DNA of 63,330 bases, filler included, from Folioceros fuciformis (Eukaryota), in NCBI GenBank assembly GCA_049999805.1. It is 5 parts of 5 records of this genome, joined end to end, with 100 filler letters (N's around TTAATTAATTAA, not from the genome) between each part and the next. Parts side by side here need not be neighbours in the genome. Positions count along the whole stretch, not along the records: positions 32,855 to 40,015 come from JBNGIO010001493.1; positions 40,116 to 53,327 come from JBNGIO010001494.1; 3 more parts are not named here. One strand, written 5' to 3'. The notes beneath the pieces were generated by a model. It was not told the DNA's origin. It was given only the letters and a program-made list of their open reading frames with translations, and did not search any database. Of the stretch, positions 34,998 to 48,700 are shown in pieces (position 1 is the stretch's first letter; every line of letters begins with the position of its first letter). Both the position numbers and the translations under genes were made by a program.

Positions 34998-37900
34998 TCA
35001 GAGGCTTTCTCCTTCATGGTTACCATCCGTGTTTTCTACCTCATTGTTCCCAACCGTGATCATGTCGTCTAGTTGTTCAGGAAAAGGAGCTGCTGCAACT
35101 GCTCTTAATACCTGGGCACCCTTTGTGCCAGCTTGACTTGTTCCCTTGCGCTTTGTGTTCTGACCAAAGAGTGCGTTCCTCATCTCCACGCACAGTGTAT
35201 CAAGCTGTCGGAGACTCTTCCTCAGCCGCAGTCCTGCAGATTTGTTTCCTGTGTACGTTTGGACAGCTTCTGGGTGGTTCTCGATCATCAGCTCACACAT
35301 CCCATTGTATAGTTGAGCCACACAGAGTCTACTGGGGCTATCATCAAACAGCGACGTCGAGATCTCCTCAGGTGTCAACGCAGAGATGGTGGCATGCACC
35401 CGGGTAGTGGAGCTCTTGGAATGAGGTTGGACGTGTGCCTGCGCACCTGCTGTATTTTCATGCCCATTACTCTTGTGGTATTCCGCATTCAGGACTTTCT
35501 CCAAGAGCAGGAGTCGCTTCTTCAGAAACTCCACCATCCTCTTCTGCACCTGTGCCTCAGAAGTTTCTTTCAGAGAAGCAGAAAGGGGTTCTGATTCCGA
35601 GCTCATCTCAGTCTCAGCCCGCACGTGTTTTTGATCCTTACTGACCATGCTGTCAGTTCGCACGCTGAGTTCCAAGCGGAGAGCTGGCTGCAGCAGAAGG
35701 TCCATATCCTCTATGATTGGCTGCCATCTTCCATACCCATGTTTTACAATACCCTGAAGCAGCATGCTGTCATGCTCTTCCTTCCACACCTTCGTGTTCC
35801 TGTACGCGGAGCTCTTGAGATGGCGAACAGTTGCTGAAAACAAAGGTGCTTGCGGATTCTCCACTGTTGACTTCACTTTGCTCCGAATGAGATGCAGAAT
35901 GGCCAGGCGGACGAGAACATCTTGAATGCGCAGACCCTCTTTGGGAACTCCGTCTGAGAATGTGGGTGACTCAGTTACGCGCTCAGCAATGTGGCTCAGA
36001 AACAGTGTGCCGTAGTTCCTTATCTCCTCTGCACTCTTTGGCTTCAACTTTGGAACAAATTCTATCCAGCTGAAGTCACCCAGTCCGAACCTCATGAGAA
36101 GCTGGACAAACACAGACCTTTGCTTCTGGTTGAAGCCCAAAATTCTTAAGGATCGTCCGTCTCCTGCCATCAGAGGGGGCGGACCGGGCAGTGTTCGTCG
36201 GGCTCTCTTCCTGGAAGCTGTAGGCTTCTTTGGGGTGGTAGCAACCCCTCCTGCCTCTACTACTGGCCTCTGGGCGGCGTCAGGAGCTACTGGGGTAACA
36301 CGAGGTATTGGAACAGGTTTAGGTGTTGGTGCTGGACAGGCTTTGGCAGAAGACACAGGTCTGGATGTCGGCCTTTCTTCATCGTCCGAACTAGTGGTAG
36401 CCATTCCCGACAAGAAATCATCGGTTGTATACATTGACAGCTGCATCACCTGCTTCCTGCTTCTCTTTCCCTTCCCCAGCTCCTCAACGCCCTTTAGCTC
36501 TTGCTCATCGACCTGACCCTTGAGCAGATTCTCCCAATAGGCAGCTCTTGCTAACTCTTCACTCCCCGGATTCAACTTCTCGGTTTCCTTGGGTGGTGAC
36601 TCTACAGTGTCGTCGTCATTCAGATACTCAAAATTGGCTACCTTGAATGCATCCAGTAAATGGCTGTCATCTTCCTCGCCAATGCGTGGTTCACCACTGT
36701 CCACGTGAGAACGGTCTAGCAATCTGTCTATGGCAGCATCGTCATAGTGGATTCTGCGTGCGTGCTGAGCGTCGTCTGTGTCTTCTGCAAACACCTCTGC
36801 TGCCCCGTACCGAAGGATGTCATCCAATTCTTCCTGGTTCAACACTTGTGTTTTCATCCTTCCAACCACCAGGTGCTCAAGCACCATCTTCTTCTTGGTC
36901 ATCTGCATCATCCTCTCCTCTATGGTCCCCCTGGTCACGAGTCTGAATATCATCACCTTGCTTGTCTGCCCAAGGCGGTGAGCACGAGCCATTGCCTGCA
37001 AATCCGCATGCGGATTCCAGTCACTATCATAGATCACCACAGTGTCCGCAGACGCAAGGTTGATCCCCAAACCTCCAGCCCGAGTAGACAGCAGGAAACA
37101 GAAACGCTGCGAGTTGGCGGCATTGAACCTGTCGATCCGAATCTGTCTTTCCAGCCCATTCACCTTCCCATCAATCCGCTCGTACCCCCATCTCCTGAAA
37201 GTCAGCCAGTCCTCTAGTACATCGAGCATCTTCGTAAACTGCGAGTAGATGAGCACCCTGTGTCCCCCGGTCTTCAGCTTTTCCATCATCTTGTCCAACA
37301 ACATCAGCTTCCCAGATGCCTCCACCATCACCTGCAAAGCCTCAGGACTCCTCGATGCCGGCTGCCCTGCTTCCAGAAGGTAAGGATGCCCACACACCTT
37401 CCTAAGCTCCATCACCACATTGCTGAGAGAGATCTGAGGACCGCAATGGCGGGACAAGACCTGATAGTTTCTGGCTAATACAGCCCTGTAGAAGTCCTTC
37501 TGCGCAGCACTCATCTCCACTCTCAGAATGAGCTCCTTCTTGGGAGGCAGCTCCTTCAGCACATCCTTTTTAACCCTCCGCAGCAAGTGAGGCGCCAGCA
37601 TTTGGTGCAGCCTTGCCACCTGCTCCTCCTGGTTGATGTTGCTGAACTCCTGTTGGAAGGCTTCCAGACTTGAAAACTTGCCTGCATCAAGGAAATGCAT
37701 CAACATGAAGAGCTCATCCAAATTGTTCTGCAACGGGGTGCCCGTCAGCAGAACCCGGTGTTGGGTAGTGAACAGCTGCAGAGTCTGGAACAGCTTGGAG
37801 TCCTTGTTCTTCAGGCGATGGCCCTCGTCTACAATCAGGCACCCCCATTTGAAGTTCTTCAAGATGGCCGTGTCCGAGTTGACCATCTCGTAGGATGTGA

Positions 37901-39170
37901 GAAGCACATCGAACTTGACCTGCAACTGCCTGATCTGCTTTGCATTCGGCCGCTTCTCCTTCTTGCGGGGGCGATAGAACTCGTACTTCCTGATGATCGC
38001 ACGAGCCTGCGTCGTCCCTACGTACAGCACAACGTTCATCTGCGGAGCCCAGAGCGAGAATTCACGCTCCCAGTTTCGCAGAGTGGACAGAGGTGCCACA
38101 ACCAAATGCGGAGACACGCAATCCTCTTCGAATAAGGATGTGAGAAAGGAGATGCTCTGAACCGTTTTGCCCAGCCCCATCTCATCTGCGAGGATGACAT
38201 GCTTCCCCTGCTGCCAGGCAAATCTGAGGAAGTTGAGGCCCTCCAGCTGGTACGGATGTAGCACGCCTCCAGGCAGGAACCCGGGTGTGGATTCGAAAGG
38301 ATTGAAAATCTTTCTCCGCTTCCGCCCATCTTTGGCAGCATCCAAGGCAAGCCCCTTCCTTTTCCTCGATCCTGCCCGGTCTCTGATGGAAACGTACCTG
38401 TCGATCTGGGCCTGGAATGGCGCAATGTCCGATGCAACCTCCCACGTCGACTCCTCGTATCCCAGCTCCTTCCACTTCACCAAGTACTCCTCCACCTCCG
38501 CGTTCGTCCGGTAGTGCAGAATCCGATCCACGCTGGTCCACTCCGCCCGCACGGGATTCCGTTCCTCGTCACTCACATTCTGCAGCCTCAAGGCTTCCTG
38601 CTGCCGGTGGAAATGGCTGAGCTTCATCCTGATCCCGTGAAACATCTTGGCAGCCTTGTCGAGCCTGTCCTCCGGCAGCCAGGTGCAGTGCAGATAGGAC
38701 CTGGATTTCCACTTCACCAGATAGTGTCTCCCCAGGGAAGGCATGCTCTCCACATCTTCCCCCGACTCCAGCTTCGTCGGCCTCAGTTGGCAATCCAGAA
38801 TCTTATCCATCTCTGCCATGGGGTCTACACATTTTGGGCAGCTCCAGGAGCCTCTGGGTACAGTCTTGAGAGGAGGATCCAGGCATCCCAGATGATAGAC
38901 AGCCGTGCAGGTATCACAACACAGAAGCTCCCCTTCCTGCCCGCAGAAGCTGCAGAAGTCCTCACTCTGCTCCATCTTCAGCACTTCGTCGTACTCATCC
39001 CCCACAGCCATCCCACCTTCCCCAATTTCCTCCTCATCCTCCTCCCAATCTTCATGAGCCCAATTTCCGTCATCATACCGAAACGGTTTCTTCTGCGACC
39101 TCTGCCTCAGCCTCTCAGCCAGGCAGTGGGACTCCTCCACCACCTCCCCGTCATTGCACCCTTCCTCCAT
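34998..39170 (-). CDS. PKL: CHD3-type chromatin remodeller PICKLE-like (PHD, two chromodomains, SNF2 ATPase, helicase C-terminal, DUF1087/DUF1086 region); single exon
   Basis: PHD CSFC..CCDTC..YHLGC..CPKC; YLVKWK twice; [65 protein letters not shown]. Confidence 0.95.
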   Translation of the reverse strand: MEEGCNDGEVVEESHCLAERLRQRSQKKPFRYDDGNWAHEDWEEDEEEIGEGGMAVGDEYDEVLKMEQSEDFCSFCGQEGELLCCDTCTAVYHLGCLDPPLKTVPRGSWSCPKCVDPMAEMDKILDCQLRPTKLESGEDVESMPSLGRHYLVKWKSRSYLHCTWLPEDRLDKAAKMFHGIRMKLSHFHRQQEALRLQNVSDEERNPVRAEWTSVDRILHYRTNAEVEEYLVKWKELGYEESTWEVASDIAPFQAQIDRYVSIRDRAGSRKRKGLALDAAKDGRKRRKIFNPFESTPGFLPGGVLHPYQLEGLNFLRFAWQQGKHVILADEMGLGKTVQSISFLTSLFEEDCVSPHLVVAPLSTLRNWEREFSLWAPQMNVVLYVGTTQARAIIRKYEFYRPRKKEKRPNAKQIRQLQVKFDVLLTSYEMVNSDTAILKNFKWGCLIVDEGHRLKNKDSKLFQTLQLFTTQHRVLLTGTPLQNNLDELFMLMHFLDAGKFSSLEAFQQEFSNINQEEQVARLHQMLAPHLLRRVKKDVLKELPPKKELILRVEMSAAQKDFYRAVLARNYQVLSRHCGPQISLSNVVMELRKVCGHPYLLEAGQPASRSPEALQVMVEASGKLMLLDKMMEKLKTGGHRVLIYSQFTKMLDVLEDWLTFRRWGYERIDGKVNGLERQIRIDRFNAANSQRFCFLLSTRAGGLGINLASADTVVIYDSDWNPHADLQAMARAHRLGQTSKVMIFRLVTRGTIEERMMQMTKKKMVLEHLVVGRMKTQVLNQEELDDILRYGAAEVFAEDTDDAQHARRIHYDDAAIDRLLDRSHVDSGEPRIGEEDDSHLLDAFKVANFEYLNDDDTVESPPKETEKLNPGSEELARAAYWENLLKGQVDEQELKGVEELGKGKRSRKQVMQLSMYTTDDFLSGMATTSSDDEERPTSRPVSSAKACPAPTPKPVPIPRVTPVAPDAAQRPVVEAGGVATTPKKPTASRKRARRTLPGPPPLMAGDGRSLRILGFNQKQRSVFVQLLMRFGLGDFSWIEFVPKLKPKSAEEIRNYGTLFLSHIAERVTESPTFSDGVPKEGLRIQDVLVRLAILHLIRSKVKSTVENPQAPLFSATVRHLKSSAYRNTKVWKEEHDSMLLQGIVKHGYGRWQPIIEDMDLLLQPALRLELSVRTDSMVSKDQKHVRAETEMSSESEPLSASLKETSEAQVQKRMVEFLKKRLLLLEKVLNAEYHKSNGHENTAGAQAHVQPHSKSSTTRVHATISALTPEEISTSLFDDSPSRLCVAQLYNGMCELMIENHPEAVQTYTGNKSAGLRLRKSLRQLDTLCVEMRNALFGQNTKRKGTSQAGTKGAQVLRAVAAAPFPEQLDDMITVGNNEVENTDGNHEGESL

Positions 39171-40015
39171 GGCTCTCCTCCTCTGCCTGCTCTCTCAGCC
39201 AAGCTTGAGCAGCAGCAGGAGTAGCTCAAGGTGCAAATGCTGCACACATCCCACCCATCTCAGCACCTGCCAGCCGTGGGCTCTGACAATCTCATCACAC
39301 CCTCCTGTCTGCTGGCAGCCCGGCATTCCCCTTCCCGTGCAACAGCCAGGCTGCACAGAAACAGCTAGCTGTGTACAGCATAAGTGCAGAAAGGTCATGG
39401 CGAAAAAATCCGCTAAACAAATCATTTGAGTCGTATATTCATGCGGTCCTTCCCCCAGCCGCCTATCAACGCAAGCCTGCAGGATTAAGCTTCACCCCTT
39501 TGTCAGACTGTGCCTGTATCCTATTTGCTTTATCCACAGTTGGCTTCCTCATCAGCAATCCAATCCACTGTGCCCAATGTGCGAACTGACAAACCCCGCA
39601 ATTGAATGACAGCCACTGATTTCCACGGGCCCAGCTCCAACCTTGCGGTCTCCCAGCCATCGCCTGGCATGACATCCAGAATCTCGTGGATCAACTGAAT
39701 GCTCGCCTCGCCGACTTCATTGGCTGGGCGGGTTCACTCCGACGAAGTCGAGAAATGGTCTTCTTTTAGTCATCAGCGTGAGCGATGTTGCAGTTTCACA
39801 GCGTGCCCTTTCTGCAAAATTCTGGGAAGACGTGTGCATCCTGTGGAGAATCCGCATCGGGATTGAGTCCGTTAACTCTCGGGGGGAGAATACGCAGGAT
39901 CAGCAGCAGCAGCCCGACGCAAGGGGAGTATTGGATTACGATTCAGCAGGGTGGCCACGGATGGATTGCTCCATACAGGTCTGAGAGGGCTGTGGGGTGG
40001 AAGTGGAGAACGCCA

Positions 40016-40115
40016 NNNNNNNNNNNNNNNNNNNNNNNNNNNNNNNNNNNNNNNNNNNNTTAATTAATTAANNNNNNNNNNNNNNNNNNNNNNNNNNNNN
40101 NNNNNNNNNNNNNNN
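40016..40115. other. Artificial contig linker
   Basis: N44-TTAATTAATTAA-N44. Confidence 0.97.
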
Positions 40116-42224
40116 ATTTTGGTGTCACTGGCCTCCGACGATCACATTCTGACTGCCATTGAAGAGGTGTTTCCACGCAACAGCGCATTCCAGCACAAAC
40201 TACACAATGTGACTGCTCTGAATACGGAGGCTGCCACAAAACTGTTCACCCTGCACGCAATCGGCCTGCCGGCGGACCAGTCGGTGGTGGAAAAACTCGT
40301 TGCCTGCTGTCACGGCGTCCCTTTGAAGCTTAAGGCCTGCGGGGCAAATTGGCCAGCTGTGCTCGACAGTCTGACCAAAGCTGAAGGTGATTTGGAGCTC
40401 GTCGTGGACGTAAGAACTGGGATGTCCAGCGTACAGCCTTCGTATCGTGTACCGGCATTCGGGGGATGGACCGATAGTCTCAGAGGGGCGGTCGGTGAAC
40501 CGTTGGAGAGGGGAAAAGTGGGAATGACTAAGCGCCAGCCCAGCAGCTTGAAGGTCGACGTGGTCGGAGCCCTGGATGAAGAGCTGCAGAATGCTCTGGA
40601 TGACATCCAAAGCTTGCTTTCTGGTTGGGACTGGAAGACGGTGGAGGCCATCCTTGGTACGGACCTTGATCATGGGAAGGACTTGATGAAGAAGCTCGCC
40701 GCTCGGTCTCTCATATACCCCAAGCTGAGCAATGGGCGGGACTTGGGTCCGGTAGCCAACCTTACCAGATACTCAGGGCCAGGTCCTTGGAAGACCAATG
40801 TGGTGGCTGCAGATGAGCACGTCCCGCGGCGGTGGAACACCATTTCCGGTCTGGTAGAGCTGGATCGTCCTGAGGCTGTCACACCGGACAGAATCCAGGG
40901 TGTGAAGTATCTGGTGGTGCACAACAGTTCACTTGACGGGACATCTTCCCGTCACCTTGCTGATTTGAAGTTCCTGTACTGGAGTGTGCGCAAAATTGTT
41001 GAGTCCACACCCTTCACATTCCCGTTCCAGGAAGCTGGTGTCTTACCAAAGTTGAAGCTGCTCATCATCAGTGGCAATCTCCATATCGATCAGTTCACGG
41101 TAGGTTTCTCCTCCTTCTCTTCTCCATCAGGTTATGGAGTCCATGGCAGACTGTGAGCTGATTCTCACGGACTTGCTGTTGATGACGTCCAGATACCTTC
41201 ACCGCTGCCCCGGCTCATCCTTATCAAGTGCGGTGCAAGAGAGCTACCGGAGGCCATGTTTCACTCAAGGAAGCTGGAAGAGCTCCGCCTGAGATACTGT
41301 CCTAAGCTGGCAAGCCTCCATCTCCCTCAAAGGAACGAACACCTGCGAACCCTATGCCTGGAGAGATGCCCCGATCTCACAACCTTGCCCAAAGCCATCG
41401 CCGGTTTGAGAGCTCTGGAAACCCTGGAGCTGCTGTCATGCGACGGCTTGATGAATCTGGAAGCAGAGGGCGTAGGGGATCTGGAGAATCTACGGGTCCT
41501 GTCCGTTATCGACTGCAACAGCCTTACGGCACTGCCTCACGACCTCAAAAATGTGTCCACACTAGAGTCCTTGAATCTATCCTTCTGCAGCAAGCTTGGG
41601 GGATTGCCGCCGATCGGTTGGGGTCTGGGAAGTCTGGAAAACCTCGATCTCTCAGGATGCTCATCGATATACGAGCTGTCACCCGACATCAAGATGCTCA
41701 AATCTCTGAGCAGACTGAGGCTGGTTGCCTGCTCCAACCTGGCGTTTCTCCCAGACGAGATCGGAGAGTTGCGAAACCTGAAGGACCTGGAAATGGGTTT
41801 CTGCATACGAGTGCAACAGCTGCCGGTGAGCCTCATCAACCTGACGTCTCTCTGTAGACTAACTCTTACCAGTTGTTCCAGTCTGAAGGAACTGCCGAAA
41901 GGATTGGACGCGTTGGGGAGCTTGGAATACCTCAATCTTCTGGGCTGCCGGTCTCTGGATGTGTCCAAGATCGCGGAGGTGATCCAAAAGCTTCGCAACA
42001 ACATGGCCGTTGTGCACGCAGAGCCATCCGACTTGCGGACCAGTTACCCCGGGCCAAAGGGGAGTGATACTTGGTCGGCGAACTACAGGTCCTATCCGCC
42101 TGGAAACGTCCGAAAGCAGTCTGGCACATCCGAAAGCAAGAACTACCGTTCTGCACCTGCTGCGTCTAGTCATCCGATGGAACGTATGACTACGAGGAAT
42201 GCACAGAGCAGTATCGGTGAGTAG
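40116..42224 (+). CDS. NLR-type immune receptor (C-terminal NB-ARC portion + LRRs), 5' truncated, one intron 41100-41192
   Basis: RNBS-C-like LNTEAATKLFTLHA, GLPL-like CHGVPLKLK, LAARSLI, then about 9 LxxLxLxxCxxLxxLP repeats. The phase-0 GT-AG intron joins the two ORFs in frame. Confidence 0.85.
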
Positions 42225-42247
42225 ACTAGTTGTCTGGGATTTTGTTC

Positions 42248-44836
42248 TTAGAAGGCCACATTGCCTCGAGTCCAAATAATCACCACACCTTCGCAGTCAG
42301 AGGTTGCAAGTAGATTCTCTCCGTGGTTCCAAGCAACACCCACAACAGGAACGCTGTGCCCCTGAAGAGGACAGAAAAGACAGGCTTTCAGTACGGTCAC
42401 GATGATGATGGTGTGCGTAAGGGGGATGTTAAGGAGCAGAAACCTGCAGCTTGTTGACACATGGGGACTTGGGACGGGTCAGATCGTAGAACCCAACGGT
42501 GCCCTCTTCGCTCCCAGACACTGCAATGGAGATCTCAGGTGTTAGTGGCATTGAAGAGAAGGGAGGTGGGGAAGCGAAAGGCGAGGAGGCTGCTTTTGGA
42601 GAACCTATGAATTCGCCTTTCTCTAGTGACAGGAGAGGGCAGAAAGACGTCTTGATGCTTCGTGCCCTAAGGCCCAGGTGGAGGGAGCAGATCAGGAGCA
42701 GGGAGCCCTTCAAGGTCAGGGAGACACTGTCACAAATCGAGTCATACTTGTGTTAAGACAGAGTGGCATGAATAAACAGGAAGTGGACGTTGGCAGAGAG
42801 ACCATCCAACCTGAAGAATCTCATGCTTCCATCACGATTGGCGGTGAGTACCACAGGCTTGCCAGCGAGGTGTGACAAAGTCTTGAATTGAACAGTTGTT
42901 GTTGCTGATTTGTGCCGCAGGCCAGCTCCATTTCGGTGGGCATGGGCCAGTGCAGCTGAGCGTTTCTCCACCGTAATGCTGTGAATTGTACCCTTACAGA
43001 GCACGATATCCCCTTTAGTGATGCTTCAAGTGACTGGAAGGATTCATGACGGTTCGTCCATGCAGGTAGCAAGGTACCTGAGAGTCGCCAGCAAAGATGA
43101 TGTTGCCTGTGCTATCAGTGTCCAGCGCTGTAACGTTGTTGTCCACAGAAAGCTTGTGCAAGACCCGGCCTGTGCTGAAATTGAACACCTGTGGGGTCAC
43201 ATGCATAGGAATGGAGAAATCAGGGGCGGCCAACAAGTGGTGTGGCGAAGCCTGATGTACACTGATGTGCAAATGACAGCCGTACTGAGACGTTCCTACT
43301 TGAGTTGCCCACAAGGAGGAGGTTGTTATTCACCTGCATTAACACAACACAGAAATGAGAAGCTCGCAAAGATGGTTGAACGTTAGTGTGATGAGCACTA
43401 AACCAAGTCAAGGACTAACAGGATGAAACCGTATGCAAAGCTGTGGAGTCTTTTCGTATATAATCCGCACACATTGTCCCCCCTTGACGTCCCAGATTCT
43501 TACACTCTTGTCCACGGACGAGGAGCATAAGTACCGGTCATTCAAGGACCAATCCAAATCTGCAACCACGGGAACGCAAGGGGTCTCATAACAGGGATGG
43601 ACTCAGTAGAACTAGGCAAAAACAAACTCAGAGCACTGTGAAGACTAGACAGGCGGCTGTAGACTAGGCAGAATTGCAACGTTTGCAAACCACAGTGATG
43701 CATGATTGCCCGGTTAAAAGGGGCTCAATTGTGCCTGTGATCTCTTTGGTATGCCCGGAGAGCTTGTGAAGAATCTGAGGAGGGTCGAGCACGGTACAAA
43801 CAGCCAGACTTCCATCTGCTGCACCGTAAGCCAGCAGAGTGGAGCTGATGTGTGCAAATCGTACCACATTCACTGCGCAAGGACATGCGACAAATGTTAA
43901 ACCAAATCTAGATAGTTTCACAGGCACTGCATTCATGTTCCTAATTGCAGACCCTACTTGCTCAAACCATAGAGAAACAAACAACCTGAAGCCTTCGTTT
44001 CATCGAATAGGTGATGCATCCCGGCGAACGAGTAACCAGGTTCAGGGACAGCAGAGCGTGGATACGGTAACAAGCCAGTTGCACTGGACTCAAAGCTGGC
44101 ACGTGACACAAAGCTCGACGTCCGGCTAAGCCCATCCTGAGGACGTGCACCATTTGCTCGACAATGAGAAGGCAAGGACGAGATTGCTTGAAATGCAACT
44201 GCATGACTCCTTAACGAACACGACGACTCTATTAAAAGATTCACCTTGGGTGACCTCGTATTGCTGCTGATGCTGCGTGGAGACCAAGACAGCTGGAAAG
44301 ACTGCTGTGCATATCTGCTAGCTGTAGCATCAGACAACAGATAGCAATCCACAGCAGCTGCCACCACGTTTCTGCATGCTCAGGACTGGAGGGAACACCT
44401 CACCTGTCTACCGGCAGAATGTCAGACACACTTGCCCTGCTCGACAGCTCAGACACACTTGCCCTGCTCGAAGTCTCACATCGCTTGAGATACAGTAGGA
44501 ACTCCCGGTATGCAACATAGCCCTTACCATTGCACTGCCATGTCTGCGCAACGAAGTTCACACTCTCAACTCAACCACTTTTGTGCCTTGTACAGAGGGC
44601 GATGCATATTCATGTAACAAGAGACTGACGACTTCACCCAAACATCTTACATAGCGCTGCAGCCTGCCAGCGGACCGCTTCTTCTGCTCTAGGATGAACC
44701 TCCGAATGGCAGAATGAGCCGAGTCCTGGTCCAGTGCCACGGGCGCTGAAGGTGCAGGTGCTCCCGGAAGCTCCCCTGGATCGACTCCAGGTTTCACCTC
44801 GACTTCCATCTTCCCAGCAGTTCCAGCCCAGGACAT
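42248..44836 (-). CDS. WDR13: WD repeat-containing protein 13 homolog, multi-exon
   Basis: YSFAGMHHLFDE, VRFAHISSTLLAYGAADG, LSGHTKEIT, IKTSFCPLLSLEKGEFI, SGSEEGTVGFYDLTRPKSPCVNKLQ/GHSVPVVGVAWNHGENLLATSD. An acceptor site at ~44841 suggests a further upstream exon. Confidence 0.88.
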
Positions 44837-45713
44837 CAACCTGTCAAGCCCGCCATCCTGAACGCACTGCCAGCACAGATCCGCAAGGCCTGCATCCTGG
44901 CCACAAGGTTCGGCTCATCTTCCGAGGCCGCAGACATACGAAGTTGAGAGATTCGTGGAGTAACGGTGGTGCGGTCTGGTAATCCCACTGCCGGACCAGC
45001 ATGCGAGCTTGGCACAGTGTTCGGTTTTGGGCTGGCAAAGTCGCAACGCTCTTGGCTTGAGTTCCCACGCTGCAGCGTGGAGAACTCAGGACTCGGTTTA
45101 CAGCACCCGCGGTTGGGTCAGCGGGGTGGGTGGTGGTCGGGAGTCCCGGGAGGACCGTTCCTGGTCCTCCACATGCTCCGCCTCTCTCGCTCTCCCTCTT
45201 CCCCCTCACCGCGCTGGCCATCCTGTGGCATCGGGGAGCGGGTGTACCGTTCCGCCGCGGGCTCCGCCTTTCTCGCTCCCGTTTCCTGCTCTTCTCTCGT
45301 CGCCGATTGCTCCAGGTCCAGCAGGTCCACATGGCTGCCCACTTCCCGATCGCCAATTTTGGATGGCAGTGCGCGTTTGCGTTGATCGGCATCTGCCGAG
45401 CTCGCCGTCCATGCGCTCTGCTTGCGCGCCAGGTTCGGAGTGCTTGCGCACCGGAGGCGTTGTAATCGTCTGCAACCGTTCTAGCAGGGGAGCTCTCACC
45501 AAGATGGGCTGGTCGGCCATTTAGGCGCGTCCGTGGAGGATTGCATAGTTCTGGCTTGTCGCAATTGTGGCTGCACCTCTGGTTGGAGTAGATGGGCTGA
45601 TGTAAAGTTGGGCGCGCGGGGGGAATCGGAGGTTTGAAGCTGCTGGTTTCGCAGCTACATCGTGCTGGAAGTTTGGTTGCCGCAACAGCGGAAGAGAATC
45701 ACGTGGCTGGAGG

Positions 45714-48700
45714 ATGGACCGCTCCCTCTTCGCTAATGGGTGCATTGTGGATGCCAAGCCTACCGATCTGCGTGCGTCCATGGTGACCAATGCTGTGGTG
45801 AGCGAGAGAGCAGTACCGGAGTCTTGTGCCAAGAATGTGGCGTTTTCTGTGGTTTCGTGCTCGAGCCAGGTACACGGCCAAGCTGGTCAGGGCACAAGGC
45901 TTGTGTTGAATTGGGGGATGAGGAAACAGCGAGTGTGTGAAGCAGAAGCTGACAATGTTGGGGGATGGGCATTTTGTGCAGGATGACGATTTTCCTGCTA
46001 GTGAACTGAACAAAGGAGTAGTTGGTAGAGGGTGGCAAAGCGCCAGGTCGGTTTTCAGCAAATTCGAGCTGGGGATGTCTTGTTGCGAACAGTCAGATGG
46101 ATCCTTTGCCAGCACTGAGACCGTTTGTGTACTTCAGGTTTTGTTACTATCCTCAGGAGCTGGTTGTGAATTTGCAGTTTCCCACTCGGATTATCAACAT
46201 GCAGCTCTTGTGTCATGAATTCAAGGTGCGTGCCTGCTCCACAGGCTGTTCCTGAGTTTACACAGTCTGGTTGAGATTTCTGACATGAAAAAGTTAGGAA
46301 GACTCAGGTCTTTTCATCTAGCAAATCAAAACGATTTAATGATGGAATAACCATCTCAGATTCCTTCAAAGGTGGAGATCTATGTGGGGTTAGCAGCATA
46401 TTCTGAGCAGACCGCTGGTCAAATGAAGCGGCTGGGGTATTAAGTGCTGAACTTCATTGACATCCCTTAAGGGAATCAGCTTCTCGCTGTTTCTTGATTC
46501 CCCCTAAAATGTTCCCGTGAAGTACACGCTCACAGGGGAATATATTGAGCAGGTACTTTTCCCTCGATCCCAATGATCGCAGTGGACACCAGGCCAGAGA
46601 GCTTAAAAGTATCCATGTCGATTCTGCAGCGTCCAGTGTGCGGCTTGTGCTGCATAGTTGCTACACAAATAAGCTCAATGCGCATAATCAGGTTTTAACT
46701 TTGCAGGCAATCCGTTTCTCTTTGACGGGCCTTAGCTCAAGCTGCGATGAGTCGACTGACTGATTTGTAGGTTGTGTAGTTCGCCCTCAAATATAGGGCT
46801 GTGCCTGTATGATTTGAGCTATGTGTTTGTTGTCCTGTGGATGCTGTTTATCAAAGAAAGGAATCTGCAAATCACAAAGGACTCAGTAACTAAGAATTGA
46901 ATTCTGATTAGGTGGGAATAGTTGCCCTTATAATAACTGGAGATCCTTTAAACGAGCAGCAGCTAATGCAACACCAGAATGGACTAACTTCCCTGGTGCA
47001 GACTCCAAGGTACAGCTAACAATCACGACTGCATGCGGTTTTGCGTTGTCTTGGGCTTATTAGCAGGAGGATAGGAGTAGCTTGGAATGAACACTTCTCA
47101 AGTTCTGTTGATATGCCGATGTTAGTATTTCAGGTTTTGAAGGAATGAGTCACTCAACGTTTATTTGAGCTCTGAATTCTAGTAGTCTTTTCTCAAGCTG
47201 TCCACTACATCCACTGCAATGGGTTTGGTCTGGTTGGAACTGGAAAATTCTGGTGATGTTGGGGTGCCTGAGAACGGTCTTGTGATGCACACAGTGTCTT
47301 TGAAGCTACGTCTCAAGAATCGGACAGCTCGTCAATTTCCATGTTAAGATCGCAGGAGAGCTTCGGTACCGTTTCTTTCAGGTTGACCCTCTGTCCTCTG
47401 CTAACTACGAAGTTGGTCTTAGACTGCCGTTTTGCTTGCTCATGTTGCCATAGATCTTTCTGCTTACTACAGGACAGTTATGTGGGTTCAGGAAGCAGCT
47501 GACAGCATCACGCGTCACTGATGGGAATTTGGGCTCAGTTGACACACTTACTGCATCTCGCATCCGCAAAGTATGCCCCCGTGCTTATGCATATACTTGC
47601 TCATGAATGATTTGAGTTCCTTCTACTTTGTTGTTCATGTGTGAGGGACTTTCTGATTTGGCAGCTGCTCCAAGACAAGACAACTGCTGTTCTGGAGGAA
47701 GACTATGACGAAGCCAAACGACTCAAGGTCTGTTTGCAGTTTTATTTGAATAATTTTGTTCTTAGAGTGACATGCAGAGAACTCTTCATAGCCATACCTG
47801 TTTTTGCATTGACAGTCATTGAGCTATGGTAATACATGTTGTACATGTCTAGCCAGTGGGACTCATGAGTCAATCCCGAGTTGAGTCAACAAAGTGTAGT
47901 CTGGAAGGAGGAAGGCTGAGTTGAGTTTCATTTGTCAATGCAACGGCACTCTCCATTGCTTTAACGATCTTTGCATCTTGATGCTCTTGATATGGGAGCA
48001 GGCCCTGATTGAGAGGCTTAACATGTTGGGGGAGAAAATTAAGGATCTCGAAGTACAAAAGCAATCGGCTGTTGACGAGGAAGACTATGATACTGCCAAA
48101 TTGCTCAAGGCACGTGGATTCTCCAGGAGTTGATGTTGAACCAAAGCGGACCCGAATGTAGCCTTGTGGGATTGCTGAACGTTTGTCTGATTTGGCGTCT
48201 GTTGCAGCTGGAGGTCCAGAAGATGCGGCAGGCAAGTGGTTTGTCCCATAATGGTACACACAATCCTAAAGCCGGGGTTGAAAGGTATGCAGCCAGTGAA
48301 GGGTCTGTGGATGTTATCAGTGAGTGTGACAGGTGAGGGAATGTTGTTGAATTACTCGTTCTTCTGACGCTCAGTGAACACGATGAAAGGGGTCATTCCA
48401 AATTCAAAGATGAAATTACCACACTGTCACACCCGGTCCCGGAGGTATTTAGAATATTTTTCATGGGGATCTAAGCTCAGAGTTGAACGATCGCCCCTTC
48501 TAATGGTTGTCCCAATGATATTCAGGAAAGTTTGGAGCTCGTACAGTTCGCTGGGAACAGAAAGGAGAACATAAGGCAGAGCTATGATGGGGGAACAGAG
48601 CTTGTTCAGTTCGCTGGAGATAGCAAAGTGAATGTGAGCCAGAGCTTTGGTGGGAGGCCTGAGCTTGTACAGTTTGCTGGAGATAGGAAGGAGATTGTGA

